A DNA stretch of 64,000 bases from IMG/VR virus record IMGVR_UViG_3300020469_000023, positions 35,096 through 99,095 of that record; one strand, written 5' to 3'. The position numbers and the translations under genes were made by a program. The stretch's first letter is position 1, and each line of letters begins with the position of its first letter. The notes beneath the pieces are model-generated. The model saw only the letters and a list, made by a program, of their open reading frames with translations, was not told the origin of the DNA and searched no databases. Positions 1 to 9,851 of the stretch are shown in pieces. The stretch comes from a virus.

Positions 1-863
1 ATCATCAAACCTCTTCTACCACCTGCCCAAATAGTTGACATACCACCTGTAGCAATACCTGCCGCGAGTAGACCCATACCTTTAACACCAGCAGGTGTTG
101 CCAATACTTCTGTGAATCCTATATTACCTGCAATTGCTTCTGGTATACTAGATAAGTCATAGTCACTATCTAAGTTACCTGAGAATGACATTTGTAACCA
201 CTGATATGTTAAAAATCCTGCTATTCCTACACCAGCAACTGTTTTTAATTTAGGGTACTTATTAAGAAACTCATCAACTTTTATTGTACCTTTTTGTAAT
301 CCTTGTACCATTTGTGTGGCCGCTACTTTATCTGAGGCAAAGTTTACTGCACTATCTACTGTTTTAAGACCATCAAGTGCAACTTTACCACCACCCATAC
401 CAACTGCCTTAACTGCTTTGAAGACACTTTTTTCTTTGATTGCATTTACGAGTTCGTCTCGTGCAACACCTAAATCTTTTGTAATCTGATTTACTTCACT
501 ACTAAGTGCTTTCTTTAATGTTGGGTGTTTACTGAGAGGTTCGTTATATCTTTTCGGGTCTGGTGTATCTGCATCTGCAGAACTTGTTTTGACATCAACA
601 CTTTTATTAGTATCAGTAGTGGGTGTGTCTTTAGTTGATAGATAAGACCTCATTGCTTTTGCAGTATCAGATTGTGGATTCTTTTTAATATAGTCTTGTT
701 GAAACTTTTCACCTTTGTCTTGCCACCAAGGTGTCTTTTCGTCTTCTAATAACATACACCAGTCATTGTATGTACATTCATTCAGTTCACGATTTACTTG
801 TTGTTCAAACAAGAATGTGCCTTCTGTTAGTTCTTGGTGATTGACGTAAGTTGTAAACTTCAC
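1..863 (-). CDS. Hypothetical protein, 3'-truncated by window edge (MKFTTYVNHQELTE...), Gly/Ala-rich hydrophobic C-terminal part
   Basis: Manual translation: GTG at 863 overlaps the TGA of the upstream gene (GTGA); frame is open to the window edge; not in the ORF track. Confidence 0.75.
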   Translation of the reverse strand, partial: MKFTTYVNHQELTEGTFLFEQQVNRELNECTYNDWCMLLEDEKTPWWQDKGEKFQQDYIKKNPQSDTAKAMRSYLSTKDTPTTDTNKSVDVKTSSADADTPDPKRYNEPLSKHPTLKKALSSEVNQITKDLGVARDELVNAIKEKSVFKAVKAVGMGGGKVALDGLKTVDSAVNFASDKVAATQMVQGLQKGTIKVDEFLNKYPKLKTVAGVGIAGFLTYQWLQMSFSGNLDSDYDLSSIPEAIAGNIGFTEVLATPAGVKGMGLLAAGIATGGMSTIWAGGRRGLM

Positions 864-1465
864 TTAGTTATATCTCCTGTAGTCACATACATTTTTTGAT
901 TACTATGCAAATGAATTGCAGTATATATGTCAAGTCCTAAAACTTCATCTACAGGAGTTGATTCTTCTTCAAGAATTCTTATTTGGTCATCTTTATGTGT
1001 ATCAGTATAAATGCAAGTCATACTGTCATGTTTCATTCTATAGACACCAGGAGATAATTGTTTGTCTTCTAACATAAACCATTGTGTATCTTCTGCAAGT
1101 ACATCTAGTATATCAATACCAGTTGCTTCGTGAATCTTGCGAAGATTCTTATCTGATAATTCACCATGCTCTTTGATAAGTGCTAATGCGGCACCATATC
1201 TTGCAACAAATGATTTACCACCAGGGACTTTTGCTAATAAAGATTTAAGTCTAATAACAAGACGTAGAAATGTCGTGTAATGTGTTGACAATTCCATTCT
1301 ACCATCCATTGTTAATTTAAGTTCTTCTTTCTTTTTCTTATCTACTTTACCTTCTTTATCGATGAGACCAATCTCATATGCACCTAATTTTTCAAAAGGT
1401 GTAGTTAACAACTTTAAAAATCGAAGTGTATATACCAGGTCTGCGGCAGATTTTAGAATTCCCAT
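860..1465 (-). CDS. Conserved hypothetical protein of marine T4-like phages
   Basis: 201-aa ORF; TATAAATA 5 nt upstream of ATG. Confidence 0.7.
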   Translation of the reverse strand: MGILKSAADLVYTLRFLKLLTTPFEKLGAYEIGLIDKEGKVDKKKKEELKLTMDGRMELSTHYTTFLRLVIRLKSLLAKVPGGKSFVARYGAALALIKEHGELSDKNLRKIHEATGIDILDVLAEDTQWFMLEDKQLSPGVYRMKHDSMTCIYTDTHKDDQIRILEEESTPVDEVLGLDIYTAIHLHSNQKMYVTTGDITK

Positions 1466-1470
1466 ACGTC

Positions 1471-1478
1471 TATTTATA
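1471..1478 (-). promoter_or_regulatory. gp55-type late promoter TATAAATA
   Basis: TATAAATA-GACGT-ATG on minus strand. Confidence 0.75.
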
Positions 1479-1830
1479 TCTCTCGAAGTTTCTCGACAAC
1501 ATTTTTATCCATTTCTATGTTGGTATACTCTTCGTTTTTAATTGTTTTAAGAAAAATAAGAAAGGGTTTGATAACTGGCCAGTATTCTAGTTCTAGTTTA
1601 AGTTCAAGAATATTAAGACCTGCTTCAATGTCAAAGACATTAAAGATTACAATAAGATGATTTAGTATAAGACGTTCAGAAAGAACACCACTATCTCTGT
1701 AACGATTAAGTAATCGTTTGATGTATTTAAAACGTTTTAAATCTTCAAGAAAATCGTCTGTGTCAATACACTTTGGATTGTAGTAATTCTGAGCGGCATA
1801 GACTAATAGATTATCTTTCGTTAACTTCAT
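1474..1830 (-). CDS. Conserved hypothetical T4-like phage protein
   Basis: YYNPKC...EDLKRFKYIKRL...ERLILNHLIVIFNVF pattern typical of marine T4-like phages. Confidence 0.7.
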   Translation of the reverse strand: MKLTKDNLLVYAAQNYYNPKCIDTDDFLEDLKRFKYIKRLLNRYRDSGVLSERLILNHLIVIFNVFDIEAGLNILELKLELEYWPVIKPFLIFLKTIKNEEYTNIEMDKNVVEKLREI

Positions 1831-1855
1831 GATATACTATTATGTATATCAATTC

Positions 1856-2161
1856 TTAACTAAAAAGTTCTTTTACAGTTTGTAGTAGTGTTGCTTTTGA
1901 TTTTCTTCTATCTAACTCAACACCTTTTTCTCTAGCAAGTGATTCAAGTTCTAACTTATTCATTTGGTCTAGACCTTTGTTATTAGCAGGTGCTTCTGTT
2001 AACACTTGTGCTTTTTTAGGTTTAGCACCAAAAAATAAATCTATTTCTTCTGTAGTAAATCCGGCACTTACATAAAGTTCGCCTGTGTCAGGGTCTTCCC
2101 AACCGTTCGCAGTAGGTACTGCATTTTCACACCAACCTGGTGCAACTGGTTTAATCGCCAT
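1856..2161 (-). CDS. Hypothetical protein with C-terminal helix-extension-helix-like segment
   Basis: 101 aa; LDQMNKLELESLAREKGVELDRRKSKATLL. Confidence 0.6.
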   Translation of the reverse strand: MAIKPVAPGWCENAVPTANGWEDPDTGELYVSAGFTTEEIDLFFGAKPKKAQVLTEAPANNKGLDQMNKLELESLAREKGVELDRRKSKATLLQTVKELFS

Positions 2162-3849
2162 TATTTTTCTCCTTTAGTCTTTGGTAATTCTTTTGGTTGC
2201 ATAGGTAAATCTTTTGGGTCATTGTCTTTAACCATTGTACCTTTATCACCATTCTTTCTTTTTGCCATTCTTTCTAAAAATGACTTAGCATCTTTAGTTC
2301 GTGCATCAAAAGGATTTCTGTTATCTTCTTTAGCACTAGCAACTATCTTTCTCATTTCAGGTACATTTTTACCTGATAATGCCTTAATTGCTAAGTCCAT
2401 AAGAGTATTTTCAGTTTTAATTGATTTCTTACCTTCACCTTCTTTAGGTTCTTTTTCACCTTTAACAGGTGCTTCTGTAGATTTAATAGGTTTAGAGTCG
2501 CCTTTTGCTTGTTGTTGTTTGACATGTTTGCCTTGTTTAGTGTCTTTAGCAGTTTTAGAAGTGTCGTCTATTGCTTTTTCACCATCAACAACTACGTCTT
2601 TTTTACCATGTGCATCTACAAAGTCTGTCTCACCTTCAGGATTGTTCTCACCTTTTTCTTCTGGTTCAGAACCATCTTTCTCTTTTTTCTTCTTACCAAC
2701 AGCATCAACTGCCATTAGTTCGTTTAAGAGATTAGTAAAGTCTGATACTTGTGCGGCCTCACTCAATTCTTTTTGTACATCTTTAATAGTTTTTGCCTTA
2801 GCACTAACTCCTAAATTTCCCTTAGCGAATTTAATAAGTACAGCATCTGGACCTGACATTTGAACATTGTCACCGCCAAATGGACTAGAACTAATTTTTT
2901 TAATTTTAATACCAAGTTTTTTTGCATTTCGTCCGCCGGCGCTAGAACCTTCATAGTCATCAACTTTTATTGTACCTTCACCAATTTTAGAGATTTCTGC
3001 TTCTTTTTCACCAGCATTACCAGAAGTTTTCTTTTTCTTTTTGTCTTCAGGTTTTTCTACGCCAACTTTTGGTTTGTCTTCTTCTGCATCATCTTCACTA
3101 GGTTTGTCTGCATCAGGTACCATAGGTTTCTTTTTCTTCTTCATTGGGTTTTCATCTGAGTCCATCATTTTTGGTTCTTCTTCTTCTTCGTCCTCTTCTT
3201 TCATTTTTTTCTTTTGACTCTTAATCATTTTGTCATCGTCTTTGTGGACTTTTTCTTTGTGTGCTTCTGTTTGAAGAATTTGCATGTCTTCTGCAGGGAC
3301 TTCTTTTTCTATACCATGAGCAAACTCAACATCATACCAGTCAACAGAACCGTCATCGTTTGGTATTGCATGAGATTCGTATACTGGTTTACCAAGTCCA
3401 AACTCTGGGTGGTCAACGTAAGTTGCACAATCGTGGTCTTTAGAATGACACATTTCACGAATGTCATCTAAACTAAATGATTCTTTTTGAAGTTTGTTTA
3501 ATTCTGATTGAACATCATATTCTTTATCACCAACTTTAAATTTCTTTTCACCTTTTTCTTTTGCGGCCATTAATGCTTTACTAAATGCATTGCCTTCTTT
3601 TTCCATTGCTTTTGAAACTGCTTTACGTCTTTTGTGAAGGAATTTATCAGAAGAGTCAACATCGCCATCGTTATCAATGTCTTTGTCTTTTCTATCGTCA
3701 AATTTCTTTTTAACTGCTTTAGGTTGAACTGCATCTAACCCATCGCCATCATCTGACTTATCGTTCTTGTTTGTTTCGTCAAGAACTTCTTCTTTTTGTT
3801 CGTACATACTTCTGTATGCATTTTTAATATTCTGATTTATGTCTGCCAT
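2161..3849 (-). CDS. Highly charged modular protein, putative head-internal protein (likely start MADINQ at 3849)
   Basis: K/E/D-rich ORF with DKDIDNDGDVD motif; lies in late cluster. Confidence 0.6.
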   Translation of the reverse strand: MADINQNIKNAYRSMYEQKEEVLDETNKNDKSDDGDGLDAVQPKAVKKKFDDRKDKDIDNDGDVDSSDKFLHKRRKAVSKAMEKEGNAFSKALMAAKEKGEKKFKVGDKEYDVQSELNKLQKESFSLDDIREMCHSKDHDCATYVDHPEFGLGKPVYESHAIPNDDGSVDWYDVEFAHGIEKEVPAEDMQILQTEAHKEKVHKDDDKMIKSQKKKMKEEDEEEEEPKMMDSDENPMKKKKKPMVPDADKPSEDDAEEDKPKVGVEKPEDKKKKKTSGNAGEKEAEISKIGEGTIKVDDYEGSSAGGRNAKKLGIKIKKISSSPFGGDNVQMSGPDAVLIKFAKGNLGVSAKAKTIKDVQKELSEAAQVSDFTNLLNELMAVDAVGKKKKEKDGSEPEEKGENNPEGETDFVDAHGKKDVVVDGEKAIDDTSKTAKDTKQGKHVKQQQAKGDSKPIKSTEAPVKGEKEPKEGEGKKSIKTENTLMDLAIKALSGKNVPEMRKIVASAKEDNRNPFDARTKDAKSFLERMAKRKNGDKGTMVKDNDPKDLPMQPKELPKTKGEK

Positions 3850-3851
3850 TT

Positions 3852-4148
3852 TTATCCCCAAAGAGCATTACTTATTACACTTGCTATAACTGTTGCACAA
3901 GAAACTATTACTATCCAAAAAACTCGATGAATTACCATAACAGTTTGAGCATTTGATTGAACTTGTGCCTCTATAGCATCAAGTTTCACACCATGATTGT
4001 TCATTCTGTCGTGGCCATTCGATAGTTGATTTTCAATACTCACTATCTTCTCTTCGACTCTTGCCAATGAAACGATAGCATCTGACAGTTTATCGATTTT
4101 ATCTTCGATTCTGTCTAAACGAGTGGTTGAAGTTTCCTTTGCGACCAT
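3852..4148 (-). CDS. Coiled-coil protein with C-terminal transmembrane helix
   Basis: RLDRIEDKIDKLSDAIVSLARVEEKI heptads; VFWIVIVSCATVIASVI. Confidence 0.65.
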   Translation of the reverse strand: MVAKETSTTRLDRIEDKIDKLSDAIVSLARVEEKIVSIENQLSNGHDRMNNHGVKLDAIEAQVQSNAQTVMVIHRVFWIVIVSCATVIASVISNALWG

Positions 4149-4178
4149 TTTTTCCCATTTAAGTAAAATTTATACTTT

Positions 4179-4186
4179 TATTTATA
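4179..4186 (-). promoter_or_regulatory. gp55-type late promoter TATAAATA
   Basis: Exact consensus in intergenic gap. Confidence 0.7.
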
Positions 4187-4215
4187 CAAATTAATTTCTA
4201 GACATTGAGTATGAC

Positions 4216-5004
4216 TTAAGAAAAACCTTTATTTTTGTGTAGTTTTTTATTGTCTTGCATGTATTTTTCACATAATAACATACCTAAATCAACTATTGAG
4301 TAGTCAAAACCTAAATAATCAAAAATTTTTATTAATTGTTCTTCTCTTTCATCTTCATCTTCTGTATGTAATAACTTCATTGGGTCTATATGTAACCAAT
4401 CGTGGGGTTCTGGTATCCAGTCTTTATATCGTTGTGTAGTAAATAAATTAAATTCTAATGGAGTTTCCCAGATATCACCAATATTGTTTAAACCGAACTC
4501 TTGTAATAAAGGAGTAAGTTTATTTATTGCAATTCCTTCTGGTTGATTGAATGCCGCAGTTTCTGACATAGTGTGAGTACCTTTACCAAACACTTTTATT
4601 TGTGCTAAGTCTCGACAAAACTTTGAACCTTTAAGTTCTGTTGTATTTAAAATAATAGTCTTCGATACATTCCAATCTGAGTATAAACCTTTTATCCATT
4701 GGTCTTCTTGTACTACATATCCATAACAGTGGTCAATTCGTAATGTCCACTTATCGTTTGAAGTTGTCCAAAGTTCTTCAAAAAACTCTTTTGGACTGTA
4801 ATCAACAAGGCATTTGTGTGTGCCTAAACCTAAATAAAGATGAGAATGATGGTCGAATCTGTCTCTTTTAAATTCGTATTTAGTAATATTATCTATTTTG
4901 TCAGTTTCATGTTGATTGAATTCATGATGGCGTTGTAGATATGATGCTAAGAATTCACCACCATTTCCACCTAAATAATGTATATTTAATAATTTATGTC
5001 TCAC
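4216..5004 (-). CDS. Hypothetical protein, possibly sulfotransferase-like fold
   Basis: 262 aa; N-terminal YLGGNGGEFL glycine loop. Confidence 0.45.
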   Translation of the reverse strand: MRHKLLNIHYLGGNGGEFLASYLQRHHEFNQHETDKIDNITKYEFKRDRFDHHSHLYLGLGTHKCLVDYSPKEFFEELWTTSNDKWTLRIDHCYGYVVQEDQWIKGLYSDWNVSKTIILNTTELKGSKFCRDLAQIKVFGKGTHTMSETAAFNQPEGIAINKLTPLLQEFGLNNIGDIWETPLEFNLFTTQRYKDWIPEPHDWLHIDPMKLLHTEDEDEREEQLIKIFDYLGFDYSIVDLGMLLCEKYMQDNKKLHKNKGFS

Positions 5005-5013
5005 AAAAAGTAT

Positions 5014-5352
5014 TTATTTAGTTTTTACGTACAGTCTATTTTTTGCTTGTTTTGTATTATCAAATGACATACCATACATTTTACCTATTCTATTGAGTTG
5101 TATGACTCTTTGATTGCTAGGCATGTTCATTAATTGTTTTTGCATTGTACCAAATAGTTTTTTCATTGCATCTATTTCAGTAGTAACCATTTGTCCTTCT
5201 TCTACATTTTCACCACGAGCATTCTTAAAATCTTGGGCCGAAGGTGCGCCTTTCTCACCAGGTTTTCTCATCTTCTTACCACTTTTTCGTTTCTTATGGA
5301 TATTGGCCCATAAAGACTCGTTTGAAGAAGCGAATTGTTTAAATGATTTCAT
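5014..5352 (-). CDS. Basic protein with capsid-targeting-like N-terminus
   Basis: MKSFKQFASSNE start; LWANIHKKRKSGKKMRKPGEKGAP. Confidence 0.6.
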   Translation of the reverse strand: MKSFKQFASSNESLWANIHKKRKSGKKMRKPGEKGAPSAQDFKNARGENVEEGQMVTTEIDAMKKLFGTMQKQLMNMPSNQRVIQLNRIGKMYGMSFDNTKQAKNRLYVKTK

Positions 5353-8060
5353 TTTCCGAGTAGTCTTTTTAGACCTTGAACTGTCATTTTCTTATCGTTC
5401 ATTGCAGTTTGAACTTTAAGTCTGTCTTGTGGTTTACGAATTGCATCAAACTTTTTCATCATCATCTTAGCATCTGCTGGTTTCAACATTACTTTTTTAC
5501 CATTTCGTAATTCTATTTGTGCAGGTCTTTGTAAATCTGTAACTTTTCTTATTTGCATAACAACATTTTTATCTGCGGCCTTTCTGTCATCTTTAGTTGC
5601 AACACCGTAACCATCATCGTCTTTATCTTTACGTTTACCCATATCTCTCATTGCATCTGCTTTTGCACGAGACATAGATTCTGTATTTATTGCCTTTTCT
5701 AAATCATCTGCCTGTTTTGCATGAGTCTTAGAACCACCTCTTAACTTCTTAACTAAGTCTTTGACAAATGGTTTGTCTTTGGCATCTAATGCTTCTGACT
5801 TAGGTTTCTCATGAGTATAACCCATTTTACCAAACTTCATATGGTCAGCATATGTATTTGCCATGACTTCTTTATCACCCTTATACATTTTATGTGGTTT
5901 AAAGTCTTTCTCATCTGCACATTCATTCTTAGGTTTCTCACCTCGTTCTTTCTTAGAGATTGCAATTGCGGCCTGTTGTGCGGGAGATACTGCTTCTATT
6001 TTATATTTTTTACCATAATTAGTCATAAGTGTTTTTAATGCTTTTAAATCTCTTTTGTCATAGGCATTTCCCAAAGCAAGATAAAGTGTAGAATCAATTT
6101 GTCCTTTTGGTTTAACAATCTTAGCAATTTTTTCTTGTTCTGCTTTACCCAATCTAGGGAATCTTTCTTTAACTCTTTGTAATATTGCTTTTTGGTTAGG
6201 TGATACTGCTTCTTTTTGCATTAACATTTTAGTATTAAGAGTTCCAATCATTTTAAGGATTGAGTCTCTTGCATCTAAAACTTTTTTATAGTCTTTGTTA
6301 TGTCTTGTATCTTTTAATTCTTTATCACCTATAGTTGCAATCTTTTGATAAGTTTGTAAAACCTTTTGCATGTCTTTGGAGAGTTTTTTCATTGCATCTA
6401 CTTCTTGTCTTGTGACTTCTTGTAAATCAGTTGACTCTTTTCTTGATTTACCAGCAACTTTCATTGTAAGATTAACAAGTCCTGGTAATTTAAGTGTGTC
6501 CATTCTTTTCTTGTTCTGTGAATTAACTTTGTCATATACAGATGCTATCATACTTGCAGTTGTTAAGTCAAGTTGCATACCGTCTATTTTCATCATAGAT
6601 TTTTTCTTAACTACTTGACGAACCTTCTTCATAGTTGCAGACTCTTCGTTAAGTGGTGTACCTGATTTATAACCTTCGTATATCAAACTGAATATTAATC
6701 CATTACTTGCTTGTAAAATAACTTCATAAACATCGTCCCTAATTGCAGTATCTAAATCTGCAAACAAGTTTAATTCTTTAGGGTCTCTCATTATCTTTTT
6801 ACCCTTTTTAGTAATAGTCATTCCTTTTGAGATTACATCAATTATCTTCTTAATTTTTGGGGCGTCCATTTCATCTCTCGGTTCACCTTTACCAAAAGCG
6901 GCGCCTTTCTTAGCGGCACCTCTTCTATCTTGGTTCATTATTCTTGCAAGTGACCTAACAATAAGAGAAGTATTCGGGTCTTTTATTTTATGTTTACCGT
7001 CTTTCTTTTTCTGAAGCATGTCCATGACATCATCATGTTCCATTGCTGGACCCGATGCTCTAGATTTTTTGAATTTGGTTCTAATTTTTCGTTCAAGACC
7101 GTCTTGGCCTGGTTTTAGTGCAAATTGTTTTTCTAACAAGTCAAGTTGTTCTTCAAGAGAGTTTAGTTGTGCAAGTACATCTTCTGTTGCAGTATCTTTA
7201 GTTCTTTGTATTTCGTCTTTCTCTTGTTCTGCTTCTCTTTTATGTTTTGCTTTTAAGTCTGCCATTTCTTTTGCTCTTTCAACTGCATCTTCAATTAAAG
7301 ACGGGTCTCCATAAGATGATTTACCTCTTGCCACTGCATCAAAGTCTCTTAACTGTTTCTTATTGCCACTCATAGTTACAAGAGTATCATTACCTTTTTT
7401 CTTAAATGCTACTTTCAACTTCATTAACTTTGCAGATGAATTAAACTTGTCCATTTCAGGTTTTTGTATACCTTTAACTCGGTAAGTCATCGTATTTTCA
7501 TTTATCGATTCTTTCATAGCAGGTAGTTCACCCATTTTAATCGCCATTCTTGAGAAACCTTTTGGATTTTGTTTCTGCATTGACTGTAAAACTTTAACAC
7601 TAGTCATGTTCATAAGATTTGCAATACCGTCTATCTCTTTTCTATTTCTAGTTTTGAATAGTTTACCCAACTTATCTTCCATAGACTCTTCAAGGTCTTT
7701 TCTTTTTAAAACTTTAGTTTTCTTTACTTTACCAAGTGGTATACCATCTGGCATTGCAACAGAAGTTGTGCTTGTCATATCTTCGTTTGCAGTTTTAAGT
7801 GCTTGTTGAACAACAGGCATCTTTGAAAGACCTCTTTTAAGTTTTTCTATTTCTTTACTTGCGAGAGTATAATTACCACCTAAATCAAGTGCAAGTTCAA
7901 TTGCTTTCTTAACTGTCTTGTCTTTAGCGGCCATTTTTGCTTTAGGATTATCTTTATAATACTTTGCAACTTCTTGACCCGTAAGTTTAGACTTACCCAT
8001 TTTAGATAATGGGTCTAACTTACCACCTTTAACTCTTTCAGATATGTCTCTGAACTTCAT
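5349..8060 (-). CDS. Large Lys-rich modular protein, putative head-internal polyprotein
   Basis: 903 aa; MKFRDISE start; modules delimited by Glu-ending motifs. Confidence 0.6.
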   Translation of the reverse strand: MKFRDISERVKGGKLDPLSKMGKSKLTGQEVAKYYKDNPKAKMAAKDKTVKKAIELALDLGGNYTLASKEIEKLKRGLSKMPVVQQALKTANEDMTSTTSVAMPDGIPLGKVKKTKVLKRKDLEESMEDKLGKLFKTRNRKEIDGIANLMNMTSVKVLQSMQKQNPKGFSRMAIKMGELPAMKESINENTMTYRVKGIQKPEMDKFNSSAKLMKLKVAFKKKGNDTLVTMSGNKKQLRDFDAVARGKSSYGDPSLIEDAVERAKEMADLKAKHKREAEQEKDEIQRTKDTATEDVLAQLNSLEEQLDLLEKQFALKPGQDGLERKIRTKFKKSRASGPAMEHDDVMDMLQKKKDGKHKIKDPNTSLIVRSLARIMNQDRRGAAKKGAAFGKGEPRDEMDAPKIKKIIDVISKGMTITKKGKKIMRDPKELNLFADLDTAIRDDVYEVILQASNGLIFSLIYEGYKSGTPLNEESATMKKVRQVVKKKSMMKIDGMQLDLTTASMIASVYDKVNSQNKKRMDTLKLPGLVNLTMKVAGKSRKESTDLQEVTRQEVDAMKKLSKDMQKVLQTYQKIATIGDKELKDTRHNKDYKKVLDARDSILKMIGTLNTKMLMQKEAVSPNQKAILQRVKERFPRLGKAEQEKIAKIVKPKGQIDSTLYLALGNAYDKRDLKALKTLMTNYGKKYKIEAVSPAQQAAIAISKKERGEKPKNECADEKDFKPHKMYKGDKEVMANTYADHMKFGKMGYTHEKPKSEALDAKDKPFVKDLVKKLRGGSKTHAKQADDLEKAINTESMSRAKADAMRDMGKRKDKDDDGYGVATKDDRKAADKNVVMQIRKVTDLQRPAQIELRNGKKVMLKPADAKMMMKKFDAIRKPQDRLKVQTAMNDKKMTVQGLKRLLGK

Positions 8061-8068
8061 TGATACTC

Positions 8069-8335
8069 CTATCTAAATGCTACTGAAACTCCAAGAACTG
8101 CCGCGTTTGCCGCAAATATCTCGTCTGTCTTACCTTTTCTTACGTATATCTCTTGATTACCAGCAAGTGTAAAAGTTCCTATTGCCACTCCAGCAGAAGT
8201 TTCAACTGTAACTAATCTTGCAGTACCACCACTATTAATAAGGCGAACTAATCCTGCTTTACCAAAATTACTACCATTAGTAGTCGATGTACCACATGCG
8301 GCCTCTGTTCCTAATACTTGAATATATCTTGCCAT
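8069..8335 (-). CDS. Small Gly/Ala-rich beta protein, possible virion protein
   Basis: 88 aa, GGAG SD, downstream of late promoter. Confidence 0.5.
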   Translation of the reverse strand: MARYIQVLGTEAACGTSTTNGSNFGKAGLVRLINSGGTARLVTVETSAGVAIGTFTLAGNQEIYVRKGKTDEIFAANAAVLGVSVAFR

Positions 8336-8344
8336 GTTTTTCTC

Positions 8345-8590
8345 CTAACCTAAATCTTGGTCGTGATTTAATTTAATACCTTTCTTTTTCTTAGTAATGA
8401 AGGCATTAACTCTTGCCATACCCCATTGTGCTGGAGTTGTCCCTGGTCTATGACCAGTTCTCCATGCGGCAACACCTCTATCGAATACTTTTTTTAAAGT
8501 TTTAAATGCAAATCCAGACTTTGATGCCTTGTTTTGAAGACCTTTAGTCGAACTTTCTTCTATTTCTGCATATTCTTTAAAAGATATCAT
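8345..8590 (-). CDS. DUF5824-like protein (likely start MISFKEYAEIEE at 8590)
   Basis: RGVAAWRTGHRPGTTPAQWGMARVNAF; TATAAATA 5 nt upstream of ATG 8590. Confidence 0.65.
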   Translation of the reverse strand: MISFKEYAEIEESSTKGLQNKASKSGFAFKTLKKVFDRGVAAWRTGHRPGTTPAQWGMARVNAFITKKKKGIKLNHDQDLG

Positions 8591-8595
8591 GTTTC

Positions 8596-8603
8596 TATTT
8601 ATA
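8596..8603 (-). promoter_or_regulatory. gp55-type late promoter TATAAATA
   Basis: TATAAATA-GAAAC-ATG. Confidence 0.75.
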
Positions 8604-8606
8604 CTA

Positions 8607-9845
8607 TTAGTCATCGCCAAACATTTGTTTGTATGATTTCGTATGTTTACTAAGTTTTGTTCCTTTCTTTCTTGCCTTTTTGTCTCCAGGTGCATCTTTG
8701 TATGCAGATGGATTATCATCGTCCATCTTACCATGTTTAGCAAAATGTGATGCTCTAGAACTTTTCGTTTTCTTTGCTACACCTTTATAGTAAACAGATG
8801 GTTGCGAACCTTCTTTATCTTTGACATCTTTATCTTGAGCAACTCTTGCCTTTTCTTTTTCCATGATAGTCGCAACGTCATCAACAATTTTTTCTGCAAC
8901 ACGTTTAGCAGTAGCAGTAGCAATTGCCATTTTTTTACTCATGTCCATTTTAGGGTTATCTTTTTCAATTGCTTTTGCTATCTCTTCTCTTTTCTTAAGT
9001 TCTGCTGGTGTTAGTTTCTTTTCAACAAGTTCTATTGCATCTAACCATTTACGTACTTTCTTTTTATCACTTGTTTCAATAATAACATAATTAGAACCTA
9101 ATACTGTAATAACACCAACTTCTTCTGATTCTTTGATAACAACAGTATCGCCTATTTCATAAAGACTACCTTTGATGTAGTTCTCTCGAAGTTCGTTTAA
9201 TTTACCAAGGTCAACATGACGTTTGAACTTTTTCTCTTCTTTAAGTCCCATGCCTTTACGAACATCATTAAATAACTTACGAGTATCTTTATCATTCATT
9301 GTGCTTGGTACACCTTGAGAGAATGCAGTATAATCATTTTGTTGAGCATTTGCTCTTTGTTTTGATGCAGACATACCAGCAACTCCTTCAGCATCTGGGT
9401 CACGTTCACCTGCAGACAATACATTAATTGATTCAAAGTTGTAGAAACCATGTCTACCTTTGACACCATTATACTTTTTCAATAGTGTGTCAAACTCTCT
9501 AACTCTATCAGAACCAACAATCATATTTACTTTACGATATCCTTGGTCATATAGTTCTGTTACAGCATCAAAGGCAGTTCTTATCTTTTTATTAATGATA
9601 ATACTTCTACCATGTTTTGGAAACATTTTTCGCATATGTTTGATTTTATCTGAGTAAGATAGTGGGTCTTTCTTTGGATTAGATACTTGTGAAGTAAAAA
9701 CTTTATAGTCATTTCTACCAGATTTCTTTGCTAAATTTTCAAGTACTTTACCATGTCCAATAGTAGGTGGATTCATTCTACCAAACGTGAAGAATACCTC
9801 TCTTTCTGCTTCAATTAAATATTGTGAAAAGTTTTTGATTGCCAT
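8607..9845 (-). CDS. Cytidylyltransferase-like (HxGH) nucleotidyltransferase with extra C-terminal modules
   Basis: FTFGRMNPPTIGH, VGSDRV, SAGERDPD, MSASK motifs. Confidence 0.8.
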   Translation of the reverse strand: MAIKNFSQYLIEAEREVFFTFGRMNPPTIGHGKVLENLAKKSGRNDYKVFTSQVSNPKKDPLSYSDKIKHMRKMFPKHGRSIIINKKIRTAFDAVTELYDQGYRKVNMIVGSDRVREFDTLLKKYNGVKGRHGFYNFESINVLSAGERDPDAEGVAGMSASKQRANAQQNDYTAFSQGVPSTMNDKDTRKLFNDVRKGMGLKEEKKFKRHVDLGKLNELRENYIKGSLYEIGDTVVIKESEEVGVITVLGSNYVIIETSDKKKVRKWLDAIELVEKKLTPAELKKREEIAKAIEKDNPKMDMSKKMAIATATAKRVAEKIVDDVATIMEKEKARVAQDKDVKDKEGSQPSVYYKGVAKKTKSSRASHFAKHGKMDDDNPSAYKDAPGDKKARKKGTKLSKHTKSYKQMFGDD

Positions 9846-9851
9846 GATATA

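Noticed and set aside
8591-8743. N-terminal extension of ORF 8345-8743
   Set aside because: Overlaps the upstream gene; late promoter and motif point to ATG 8590
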